DNA of 32,000 nt from Desulfocapsa sulfexigens DSM 10523 (GCF_000341395.1 NC_020304.1:1200001-1232000); one strand, 5' to 3'. Positions 1-7,650 are shown, counted from the stretch's first letter. A program made the numbers and translations. Notes: generated by a model not told the origin, from the sequence alone.

Positions 1-1
1 G

Positions 2-610
2 TTTAAGCCCATTCTCAACTGGTCACGTGAGGTCAAGAACGCACGTCTTATTCCCCTGCCCTCCATTCATCCAGATGATCCACACTGCCTAGAACATGTT
101 TATACCGTAAAACAGGAAGGCTTTATCGGAATAAAGATGCATCCCTTTTATCAGGACTATTTTTTAAATGAGAAAAAACTGGATCCCCTCTACGAAGCCT
201 TAAGTAACACAGGCCTGCTCCTTGTTGTTCACTGTGGGTACGACATCGCCTTTCCCCGTATCCGCCGTGTAGACCCCGCAGCAATAGAAAAGCTTCAGCA
301 GCGTTTTCCGCACTTGCGTCTTATAACTACTCACTTTGGAGGATGGGATATCTGGGATGAAGTTGAGGATATCCTTATTGGTAAAAATATTTATATGGAA
401 ATCTCCTTTGCCCTCCACTATCTTAAGAAGGAACAAGTAATTCGAATGCTGAACAACCACCCTCAGGAATATCTGCTTTTTGGCAGCGACTCGCCGTGGA
501 TTGATCAGACAGAATCTATTCACCACTTAAAAGCATTGGCACTGAATGACAAACTACTCACCGGGATTCTCGGTGGGAATGCACTGAGACTTATACAGGA
601 AGCCGTATGA
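2..610 (+). CDS. Amidohydrolase-2 family (TIM-barrel, metal-dependent) hydrolase, 5' end cut by the window edge
   Basis: The frame of the listed ORF 137..610 stays open back to nt 2 (FKPILNWSREVKNARLIPLPSIHPDDP...). Motifs GIKMHP, VVHCG, THFGGW and FGSDSPW resemble PF04909-type amidohydrolases. Confidence 0.75.
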   Translation, partial: FKPILNWSREVKNARLIPLPSIHPDDPHCLEHVYTVKQEGFIGIKMHPFYQDYFLNEKKLDPLYEALSNTGLLLVVHCGYDIAFPRIRRVDPAAIEKLQQRFPHLRLITTHFGGWDIWDEVEDILIGKNIYMEISFALHYLKKEQVIRMLNNHPQEYLLFGSDSPWIDQTESIHHLKALALNDKLLTGILGGNALRLIQEAV

Positions 611-981
611 CAGACATCCCCCATATATCGAAAAGAGACTGTGATTGCTGCGGAAAACCTCTTCCGGACGGTGAATTATTTTATCACTGCCGCACGGAAC
701 TTATTGCTGCCAAGGATGAGACCATCCCCGAACTGAAACACCCGGACAAACTTATTGCCATGGCCCTCTCTGAGATAGCCGGAAAGGACGAGAATGAGCT
801 TCTAGATGATATCTACCAGGAGATTATCCTCCAACTCTGTCCAAACTGTCGTCTAATACTGTTGAAACATATCCACAGTATGTTGAATAAAGGCTGTAAA
901 AATTGTCCCAAATGCGGGCCACAGCCGGTAAGGAAAAAAGGGAAACTGCTAAAATTTCCTTCCAGTGATAACGTGAAATAG
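607..981 (+). CDS. Hypothetical Cys-rich (zinc-ribbon-like) protein, 124 aa
   Basis: The ATGA start/stop overlap with the upstream amidohydrolase suggests translational coupling. It has paired Cys motifs CDCC, CPNC and CKNCPKC. I do not recognise a family. Confidence 0.55.
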   Translation: MTDIPHISKRDCDCCGKPLPDGELFYHCRTELIAAKDETIPELKHPDKLIAMALSEIAGKDENELLDDIYQEIILQLCPNCRLILLKHIHSMLNKGCKNCPKCGPQPVRKKGKLLKFPSSDNVK

Positions 982-1029
982 GTGGCTCAAACACACCTTG
1001 TTGTCTTTACTGGACCCCTGCCCCTCTGA

Positions 1030-1389
1030 CTACAACACCTGTTGCAGAAATTCATCAGCCAGCATTGACAGGGCAAGGGCATCCATAACTTCCACCCGTG
1101 AATCCACCATAACTCCGTTTGCAATCAAAACCGTGCGCGGATAGCCATGACCGCCAAAGGCATCGGTGAGTGATTGGTGTTCATCTGAGATAAAAATCAG
1201 CTTTTCAGTCTGCACACAGCACTGATAGACTGGAATTCCAGCTGTTTCCATTTTCTGTGCAAACCCTGGAAAATGAGGTTGCTGGCGTACCATGCAATCC
1301 GGACACCAGGCCGCTATCACGTTGAGTACAAAGGTTTCCTTCTGATTCATTTGCTCCTGCACTTCGGCAGGACTGAGTTCTCGTATCAT
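1030..1389 (-). CDS. Thioredoxin-family protein (WCPDC active-site motif)
   Basis: 119 aa with AAWCPDC in the position of the thioredoxin CxxC motif. It lies 7 nt downstream of rlmL on the same strand. Confidence 0.75.
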   Translation of the reverse strand: MIRELSPAEVQEQMNQKETFVLNVIAAWCPDCMVRQQPHFPGFAQKMETAGIPVYQCCVQTEKLIFISDEHQSLTDAFGGHGYPRTVLIANGVMVDSRVEVMDALALSMLADEFLQQVL

Positions 1390-1395
1390 AATTAT

Positions 1396-3546
1396 TTATT
1401 TCCTCCGTATCTCCCAGCAATGATGAATTCTACTGTTTCTGGCAAAATCAAGGGGAATGGAGTCCCTGCTGATATTACGGATTGCGTAATACTTGTCAAT
1501 GGATTCATCCATCTGAAAGCGTCTGAAATTGGTTGAAAAAATGAGCACCCCACCCTCTGCCAGACGGGCAACGGATTTTTCAATCAGGAGGCGGTGATCG
1601 CGTTGCACATCAAAGACCCGGCTTTCTTTTTTGGTATTGGAGAAGGTGGGAGGATCAACAAAGATCAGATCGTACTCCTTTCTATCCTCCGCCAACCATT
1701 TAAGGCAATCGGCCTGTATCGTTTCATGAGCCAAGCCGCCAAAACCATTCAGAGCAAGATTCATCCGAGCCCAGTTAAGATAGGTTGGTGAAAGATCCAC
1801 GGTGGTTGTGGATTCCGCTCCACCTACAGCTGCGTGAACGGTAGCCGTTCCCGTGTAGGCAAAAAGATTGAGGAAACGTTTCCCCTTAGCTTCCCTCGCA
1901 ATTTTCATACGAATATTGCGATGATCAAGAAATATTCCGGTATCCAGATAATCGGTGAAATTCACCAGTAGAAAGCAGTCCCCTTCCCGGACGGTGTACA
2001 TTTTTTTATGGGTTGCCTGTTTTTGATATTGGGCCTTCCCCTTCTGTTTGCGCCTGGTTTTTAAAAATACCCGGTCTCTGCGTACCCCAAAGAGGTGCCG
2101 AACCTGATGCAACACCTGCTGAAAACGTCTCTGTGCTATTTTTTCATCTACCGTATCGGGTGCAGCATACTCCTGAACCTGAATCCACTTTTCATAGAGA
2201 TCCACCGAAACATTAAATTCCGGAAGGTCTTTATCATACACCCGGAAACAGTGTACCCCATCACGTTCTGCCCACTTAAGAAACTTTTTGGCATTTTTAC
2301 GAAGCCTGTTACCAAACTCTATTCCTTCCTCGGGGCCATTATCCACAGCAAGCTGCCATTGAAACGCCGGTGTATCCTCTTCATGCACTGTGCCACAAAA
2401 CAATCGGCAGTTAATGGAGCCATTATACATGCGGTGAGTCCTTTCCCACTTGATCCCCATCCTGTCACCGAAATCGGGATTGGAGGTAAAGACTCCTATC
2501 TGCCAGTCGTACAGTTCCTGTTTACTTATACGCCCCAAAGCCCTGTGAAGCTGTTCCGCCTGATCTGTTTCGGAAAGCCGCTCGCCATAGGGTGGATTGA
2601 CCACCATGATCCCCCTGGCAGCAGGACGCCGCAGATTAGCAAGTTGTCCCTGTTTAATAACGATCTTGTCATCATAACAGGCATTTTCGACATTGCTCCT
2701 TGCCACGGCCACGGCACGGGGATCGGCATCATAACCAAGCATTAGAGGCCACTCCCGTTCAAGTCCGGCTTCCTCCCGCTCGATGGCCTCATCCACCAGT
2801 CTGTCCCAAAGAGTCCGATCGTGCATCTTCCAGCCACTAAAGCCAAAATAACTGCGGGACAGTCCGGGTGCTGCATCACCAAAAATCAAGGCTGCCTCGA
2901 TAAGGATGGTTCCCGAGCCACACATCGGGTCAAGAAACATGACATCCTTTGATATCCCAGGTTTCCATCCGGCAAGTGCAACAATGGCTGCCGCCAGACT
3001 CTCCTTCAATGGAGCAAGACTTCCACCCTCCTTCCGATATCCGCGTCGATGCAGACTCTCGCCACTTAAGTCGAGGGCGATTGTGGCCTGATCCTTGTAA
3101 ATGGAGACTCGAATCCTGATCCCAGGACGTACCACCGATACATTTGGTCGCTCATTATGAGTCTTACGAAACTGATCCACCACAGCATCCTTTACCCGGA
3201 GCGCCGCAAATCCACTATGCTGTATGGCCGACAGATGAAGAGTGCAATCCACGGCAAAGGTCGTCTCAATATCCATGTGCTGGCCCCAGTCAACCTTCAA
3301 TGCCCCCTCATACAGAGCATCTTCATCGGGGGCTGGAAATTCGGCAAGCGTGAGAAACACCCGGGAAGCATAGCGTGACCAGAGACAGGCCCGGTAGGCA
3401 GCTTCAAGATCACCCTTCCAGCTCACCAACCCCCTTGCCTGGTCCACATCAATTCCGCCAAGATCCTTTGCTTCCTGGCACACCAAATCTTCAAGGCCAG
3501 CTGCACAACTTATTGCAAGACTATATATTTTTTTATTTTCCATCAT
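1396..3546 (-). CDS. rlmL: Bifunctional 23S rRNA m2G2445 / m7G2069 methyltransferase RlmKL (THUMP plus two SAM-methyltransferase domains)
   Basis: 716 aa, collinear with E. coli RlmL as I recall it. Shared motifs are DPMCGSGT, NPPYGERL, FTDYLDTGIFLDHR, DPPTFSN, FDVQRDH and FARN..IHHCW. Confidence 0.92.
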   Translation of the reverse strand: MMENKKIYSLAISCAAGLEDLVCQEAKDLGGIDVDQARGLVSWKGDLEAAYRACLWSRYASRVFLTLAEFPAPDEDALYEGALKVDWGQHMDIETTFAVDCTLHLSAIQHSGFAALRVKDAVVDQFRKTHNERPNVSVVRPGIRIRVSIYKDQATIALDLSGESLHRRGYRKEGGSLAPLKESLAAAIVALAGWKPGISKDVMFLDPMCGSGTILIEAALIFGDAAPGLSRSYFGFSGWKMHDRTLWDRLVDEAIEREEAGLEREWPLMLGYDADPRAVAVARSNVENACYDDKIVIKQGQLANLRRPAARGIMVVNPPYGERLSETDQAEQLHRALGRISKQELYDWQIGVFTSNPDFGDRMGIKWERTHRMYNGSINCRLFCGTVHEEDTPAFQWQLAVDNGPEEGIEFGNRLRKNAKKFLKWAERDGVHCFRVYDKDLPEFNVSVDLYEKWIQVQEYAAPDTVDEKIAQRRFQQVLHQVRHLFGVRRDRVFLKTRRKQKGKAQYQKQATHKKMYTVREGDCFLLVNFTDYLDTGIFLDHRNIRMKIAREAKGKRFLNLFAYTGTATVHAAVGGAESTTTVDLSPTYLNWARMNLALNGFGGLAHETIQADCLKWLAEDRKEYDLIFVDPPTFSNTKKESRVFDVQRDHRLLIEKSVARLAEGGVLIFSTNFRRFQMDESIDKYYAIRNISRDSIPLDFARNSRIHHCWEIRRK

Positions 3547-3556
3547 AGGGGTAAGG

Positions 3557-3841
3557 CTACTGTTGTTTGAAAAAATTCACAATAGTGATAGACGGGCGAT
3601 CTCACAAAACATCCAATCCAAATAAAGTCCTCTTCCCCGCCTTTTTTAAGGTCTCGTTCACCACCCGGCGAACATCTACAAGACATCAGCGCCCTTGAGG
3701 ATTGTTCGTTTCACAGTTGCAGTTACCGGCCTTTGACTCAGCAATAATCTGCTCCAAAATGGTTGATTTCCCGTGTACAAGTACATCTTTTTCCAAAGCA
3801 TCTGCCGTATGATTATGGCAATAACAAATTAATCCATCCAT
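3557..3841 (-). CDS. Candidate selenoprotein: small BFD-like / CopZ-N-terminal-like Cys-rich (putative Fe-S or metal-binding) protein, 94 aa with Sec at codon 52
   Basis: Not in the ORF track. ATG at 3841-3839 follows AAGGGTG (possible SD). The first 51 codons read MDGLICYCHNHTADALEKDVLVHGKSTILEQIIAESKAGNCNCETNNPQGR, then TGA at 3688-3686. The same frame stays open for 42 more codons (CLVDVRRVVNETLKKAGKRTFIWIGCFVDRPSITIVNFFKQQ) to TAG at 3559-3557, 10 nt before the rlmL start. A SECIS-like hairpin begins 12 nt after the TGA. If the TGA is a true stop, the product is a 51-aa protein (3686..3841). Confidence 0.55.
3656..3673 (-). promoter_or_regulatory. SECIS-like stem-loop downstream of the in-frame UGA
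   Basis: The mRNA reads UGA-UGUCUUGUAGAU-GUUCGCC-GGGU-GGUGAAC. That is a 7-bp stem (one G.U pair) and a 4-nt G/U loop. Counting from the U of UGA, the loop occupies nt 23-26, the position of the conserved G23/U24 loop bases in the E. coli fdhF SECIS. Confidence 0.5.
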
Positions 3842-4411
3842 TTTCAACACCCTTTCAGTTCTATTTATCCATTGAAAACATATTCTTTGATTATACTCTA
3901 GCCTTGTCCGAGAATACAGGAGATTGCATTCCCCCTTCGTATTTCTGGGAGTTTTCTTTTAGCAAACCAACATCGGCTCCTGAATTCATACGTCAGAGGT
4001 GAGGCAAAAAGAGACCTCCTGTAGTAAAATGTACTATAGCATAGGAAGCTGGCATGAAGATAAACTCACAGAATCTTAGGCCACATTGCCCCCCCCAGCT
4101 GAAAGGAGAATCCCTGAAAAAAAAGAAAGCAAACTTGACATGAATTATACCAACAAGGTAGAAAGATAATAATAGCGTCGCTTCACTCCGACACGTGTGG
4201 CCGGAATCTCCAGACTGGAAGGCCGATTTCGTCTGGAATAAATAGCCGGATTCAGTGGAATACGAACCAGCGCCTAAGGACAAAACCAACCTGCTCTCAA
4301 GGATAATTTGTCGATTATTCAGTCATTTACCTTGGCAACCTCCCCTTACTCTGCTATCCTTAACTGCGACCTAAGTTTTTTTTTGGACTGTTTTTATAGG
4401 TAATATTTCTT

Positions 4412-5143
4412 ATGGACGCATTAAGTAACAAGGAATTAACGACGTTATTGGAAATTATATCAGACTGCATTACTTGTGATTCTATTGAGACATTTTTTAC
4501 AATTATATCGAAAGTTGAAAACCTACTGCAGTATGGTCACATTGTTTTTCTTTCATCCCAAAAAGATTTTCCCAGCAGTCTACCCTCGATACAAGAAATC
4601 AATGTGTCCTATCCAATTGAATGGACAAATATATACCGAACTCAAAATTATACCGCTGTAGATCCTATAATAAGTTCAGGAGAAACAGGTTTACTGTTCT
4701 GGAAAGACATCTATGACAGAACACCTCCTGATCAAGACTTTTATTCCCAAGCTCAATCCTTTGGATTAACGAATGGATTTTCTCATATAATTTCTACACC
4801 CAAAATATTCGGATTAATGTCTGTAGCAGGAAATGAGCTTGTTGACTCATCCCGCAGTAGAACTATTATCAATTACCTTGCCCCACATTTTCATCAACTG
4901 GTACAACACCTAATAAAAAAACAGGCAAGAGAGAGCATGCCTAAAATAACACCACGTGAACGAGAAGTATTAATTTGGGCAATGGAAGGCAAATCAAATT
5001 GGGAAATATCTGTCATATTGGGAATTAGCCAGGAAAGCATAAAGGGGCATATTTCAAAAATCCTGAATAAATTAGATGCGAGCAATCGTGCTCATGCGGT
5101 GGCTATTGCTATGCAGGCCAATCTTTTATTTCCATATGGGTGA
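4412..5143 (+). CDS. LuxR-family quorum-sensing regulator (N-terminal autoinducer-binding domain plus C-terminal GerE/LuxR HTH)
   Basis: EWTNIYRTQNYTAVDP....FW places W, Y, D, P and W with the spacing of TraR W57/Y61/D70/P71/W85. FGLTNGFS supplies the conserved Gly. The C-terminus ITPREREVLIWAMEGKSNWEISVILGISQESIKGHISKILNKLDASNRAHAV is a typical LuxR HTH. Confidence 0.85.
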   Translation: MDALSNKELTTLLEIISDCITCDSIETFFTIISKVENLLQYGHIVFLSSQKDFPSSLPSIQEINVSYPIEWTNIYRTQNYTAVDPIISSGETGLLFWKDIYDRTPPDQDFYSQAQSFGLTNGFSHIISTPKIFGLMSVAGNELVDSSRSRTIINYLAPHFHQLVQHLIKKQARESMPKITPREREVLIWAMEGKSNWEISVILGISQESIKGHISKILNKLDASNRAHAVAIAMQANLLFPYG

Positions 5144-5304
5144 ATTTCTGAAAACCCTTTCTTTTGGAATATACGACTTATAAGAGTTGAATAGTAAACA
5201 TCCACCCTCTCGGTCAAATCATATCCTCTTCTTCATTAAACATGTATAAAATCGATTTTTAAGCAGGTCATTCTGGATTGAAAAAAATAAGAGAGATACA
5301 CAAA

Positions 5305-5544
5305 TCAATCACCTACAGGACGTTGACTTCCGATACTCTCAATTGAAAACCCAGGTGCACATTCTGCCAATAAGATGTTGAGGATTTCGGGATGATCTTC
5401 TTGTGAGTCTTCCAGGGCCGTCAGTATTGAATCAATCACTTGGTCAGGAATATAATTCTGAGCCTGCCATAAAATTGGAATAACATTAGATGGAACCTCA
5501 ATATTTGAATTGCTGAGAGCAATAATTAAATCATTTATTGGCAT
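5305..5544 (-). CDS. Hypothetical small acidic protein (79 aa) between luxR and luxI homologues
   Basis: A good SD (AGGAGA) sits 6 nt upstream of the ATG. The composition is acidic and leucine-rich. I recognise no family. Confidence 0.5.
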   Translation of the reverse strand: MPINDLIIALSNSNIEVPSNVIPILWQAQNYIPDQVIDSILTALEDSQEDHPEILNILLAECAPGFSIESIGSQRPVGD

Positions 5545-5662
5545 TTCTTCTCCTGTTAGTGAGTCACCTTGAGCCCTGATTATAACAACGGCAATATAAT
5601 AAAAACAAGAGAGATATGAGCTTGGTAACTAACTGTAAAATGAGATTAATGGTGGCATTTGC

Positions 5663-5747
5663 AAAGGTCATATTGCAATTGTCCTGAGTAAAGTAAATAC
5701 TCAAAAACTCCCTCCTGCCGGTGTTATCATATTGCAATATGACCTTT
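5663..5747. repeat. Perfect 17-bp inverted repeat (AAAGGTCATATTGCAAT ... ATTGCAATATGACCTTT) separated by 51 bp; the right arm contains a perfect 16-bp palindrome TCATATTGCAATATGA (5727-5742)
   Basis: Read directly from the sequence. It lies between the luxI stop (5794) and the start of the 79-aa ORF (5544). It could be operators or an RNA hairpin. Confidence 0.6.
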
Positions 5748-5793
5748 TACTTTCTCTAAGCTTAATGTCTACCCCCCCTAACGGGTTGTGCTA

Positions 5794-6447
5794 CTAAATT
5801 ACCATTTGTTCGATATTTAACTGCTCCAAATCTTGAAACCATGCCAAAAGAGCTGGCTTCTTGGTTGCTGTAAATTTCTCAAATGCTGTCCAGGTTGATA
5901 TCGCAGCTATGGCAACAACGCCATCGGGCATAGTCACCGCTGGAGCCACAGCAGTGCAAGGCATACCCAGTAAGTTCAATAACCGAAAAAAGTGATTTGA
6001 GACAACCATATAGACAGTATCTTTATCGTTACTTCTACACCAATTATAAAAGGCTTTTTCCAAAGCCATCACAATTGGAAACATCCCATACTTCGTTGAA
6101 ACTTGACTTTTTCTGAGGTCATTTGCAATACAGAATCGTGTTACTTCAATCGTTTGTGGTGTCTTCTGGATTTTGTGATTTCCAATAATTTCTTTGAATT
6201 CATTTTCAATCATGAATCGGTCGGTAGGGAAATGGATTCGCAAGCATGCGATCAAGCGATTTTTTGCAAAAACTCCGACCTGTAGACATTTGCTGTCATA
6301 AGAATCAATTTCCTTTTTATTTTCATTACCAGAAACCCATTTAAGTTCTTCAGCAAAGACTTGATAGCGCAATCGAAAGGCCGCGTTTTTCTCTTCTTTC
6401 GTGGTTAAAGTTTGCATGCGTAAATCTTCTTCAAAAAAGTATCCCAT
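5794..6447 (-). CDS. LuxI-family acyl-homoserine-lactone synthase (autoinducer synthase-type GNAT)
   Basis: FRLRYQVFAEELKW...KEIDSYD...RI...EVTRF reproduces the LuxI signature R-x3-F-x5-W, E-x-D-x2-D, R and E-x-(S/T)-R. SD GGAGAT precedes the ATG. It lies convergent to a LuxR with an intact AHL-binding signature. Confidence 0.72.
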   Translation of the reverse strand: MGYFFEEDLRMQTLTTKEEKNAAFRLRYQVFAEELKWVSGNENKKEIDSYDSKCLQVGVFAKNRLIACLRIHFPTDRFMIENEFKEIIGNHKIQKTPQTIEVTRFCIANDLRKSQVSTKYGMFPIVMALEKAFYNWCRSNDKDTVYMVVSNHFFRLLNLLGMPCTAVAPAVTMPDGVVAIAAISTWTAFEKFTATKKPALLAWFQDLEQLNIEQMVI

Positions 6448-6561
6448 AATCCATCTCCTGATAATAATGAGAGTTCAACACCTTCTTTACCTAGAAGGAT
6501 TGTTGGATATCTCAGAAAGAAATTAGGAGTGATTCTGTAAAGAAGGGATTTGAAAATATAG

Positions 6562-6578
6562 CCCCCCGAATGGGGGGG
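6562..6578. repeat. GC-clamp hairpin CCCCCC-GAAT-GGGGGG(G) in the luxI upstream / divergent intergenic region
   Basis: Read directly. The G7-containing 21-mer 6565-6585 has an inverted, 16/21-matching copy at 5765-5785, just downstream of luxI. Confidence 0.55.
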
Positions 6579-6729
6579 TATGCATAGATGTGATTATTCA
6601 GTATCTTAGTTAAGCTTATTATCTCAAAATACATTGAGAATAAAAATCAGTAACATATCAGCATTCCAAAATAGCATTCAAGAAAATTACCTTTGTTATA
6701 TTTACGATTCATTACCCAAGGGGTCGATT

Positions 6730-7650
6730 ATGAATAATGAAGTAGAAACAGGTAATATTCCTCAAAATGAAGACGGACTTCTAATGTTACACATAAGTCA
6801 GGTCCCCGAAAATATTGGCCTTATTCGAGTAGTAAAAAACTTGGCAAATCCTAACGGGGAAATTGAGACTGACGGTTCCTGGTCACGGGCGGAAATCCAA
6901 CGTCTCAGCATAGAGTACCCGCAGCTAGTTGTTGAGTTACATGTAAATCCAGAAGAAAAACTGAATCTGCTTGTGGATCAATTAACGAGTATTACAGAAA
7001 AAAAACTTACCCTGAAGAGAATGTTTGAAGATGTAAATAGTGTCAAAGAGCATTTGAAAGAGAGGGTAAAAAAGGTTTTTGATGAACAGATAATCTCTTT
7101 CAGGAACCGAATGACCATCTTTTCTTATGGCGTTAGTGATAGCACCTTAACTGAAAATGCTGGCTCATATAGTAAACTCATTTCCTATTCAACCCAATGT
7201 TTTGTCATTGGAATGCTTTTTACCAAATATCTCAACGAATTGAGTGATCAACAGAGAACCACTTTGGGGAAAAGTCTTATTCTTCATAAAATTGGGTACA
7301 TAGAGACCATGGAGGACTCAAAAAGCCTCATGGAAAGAACGATTGCAATTTTAGAAAATGCTGAATATGAAAGAGAAATTATCAGGTTTGCCATGAATCA
7401 GGGAGCAACCCGATTTAAAAAGAATAAGCTTAAGAACTTACCCCGATCCACAGAAATTGGCAAAATTGTAACACATTATTGCAACTGCACGGTGAACCAT
7501 CCAAGATCCACTCCTCCATATAAAACCATCGAAAATTTCGAGAGTGTTCTGGAGGCTTCGGGCAGGCGGCGAGAAATAATGTTTGACCCAACGTTATTAA
7601 CTAAATTTGTCGAAATGATACGTAAAGGCCTGGAAATGCCAGCCAAATAA
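6730..7650 (+). CDS. Hypothetical protein with a degenerate HD-GYP-like C-terminal domain (catalytic motifs lost)
   Basis: I prefer ATG 6730 (SD AAGGGG 7 nt upstream) over the TTG at 6634. LILHKIGY sits where HD-GYP proteins carry LLHDIGK. IGKIVTHYCNCTVNHPRSTPPYK...MFDPTLLTKFVEM resembles the ...DVYDAL...R.Y...FDP.LV..F tail. No HHE..GYP motif is present. Confidence 0.55.
   Translation: MNNEVETGNIPQNEDGLLMLHISQVPENIGLIRVVKNLANPNGEIETDGSWSRAEIQRLSIEYPQLVVELHVNPEEKLNLLVDQLTSITEKKLTLKRMFEDVNSVKEHLKERVKKVFDEQIISFRNRMTIFSYGVSDSTLTENAGSYSKLISYSTQCFVIGMLFTKYLNELSDQQRTTLGKSLILHKIGYIETMEDSKSLMERTIAILENAEYEREIIRFAMNQGATRFKKNKLKNLPRSTEIGKIVTHYCNCTVNHPRSTPPYKTIENFESVLEASGRRREIMFDPTLLTKFVEMIRKGLEMPAK

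Noticed and set aside
4240-4275. tRNA-like T-arm sequence (minus strand GGTTCGTATTCC)
   Set aside because: The flanking bases cannot form a T-stem, acceptor stem or anticodon arm, so it is not a tRNA.
3763-4289. Track ORFs 3763..4002 (+) and 3993..4289 (-)
   Set aside because: They are Phe/Ser-rich with non-protein-like composition and no SD. The first overlaps the much more convincing minus-strand CxC...CxC ORF (3557..3841).
6481-6498. CCTTCT-N6-AGAAGG inverted repeat upstream of luxI, considered as a possible lux box
   Set aside because: The arms are only 6 bp and it lies 34-51 bp from the start codon. It is too short to separate from chance and lacks the CTG/CAG dyad.
6634-6729. TTG start at 6634 for the 338-aa ORF, and likewise TTG 14844 for the TolC-like ORF
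   Set aside because: The downstream ATGs are preferred. ATG 6730 has an AAGGGG SD, and ATG 14796 immediately precedes the signal peptide. The upstream extensions add non-conserved-looking residues.
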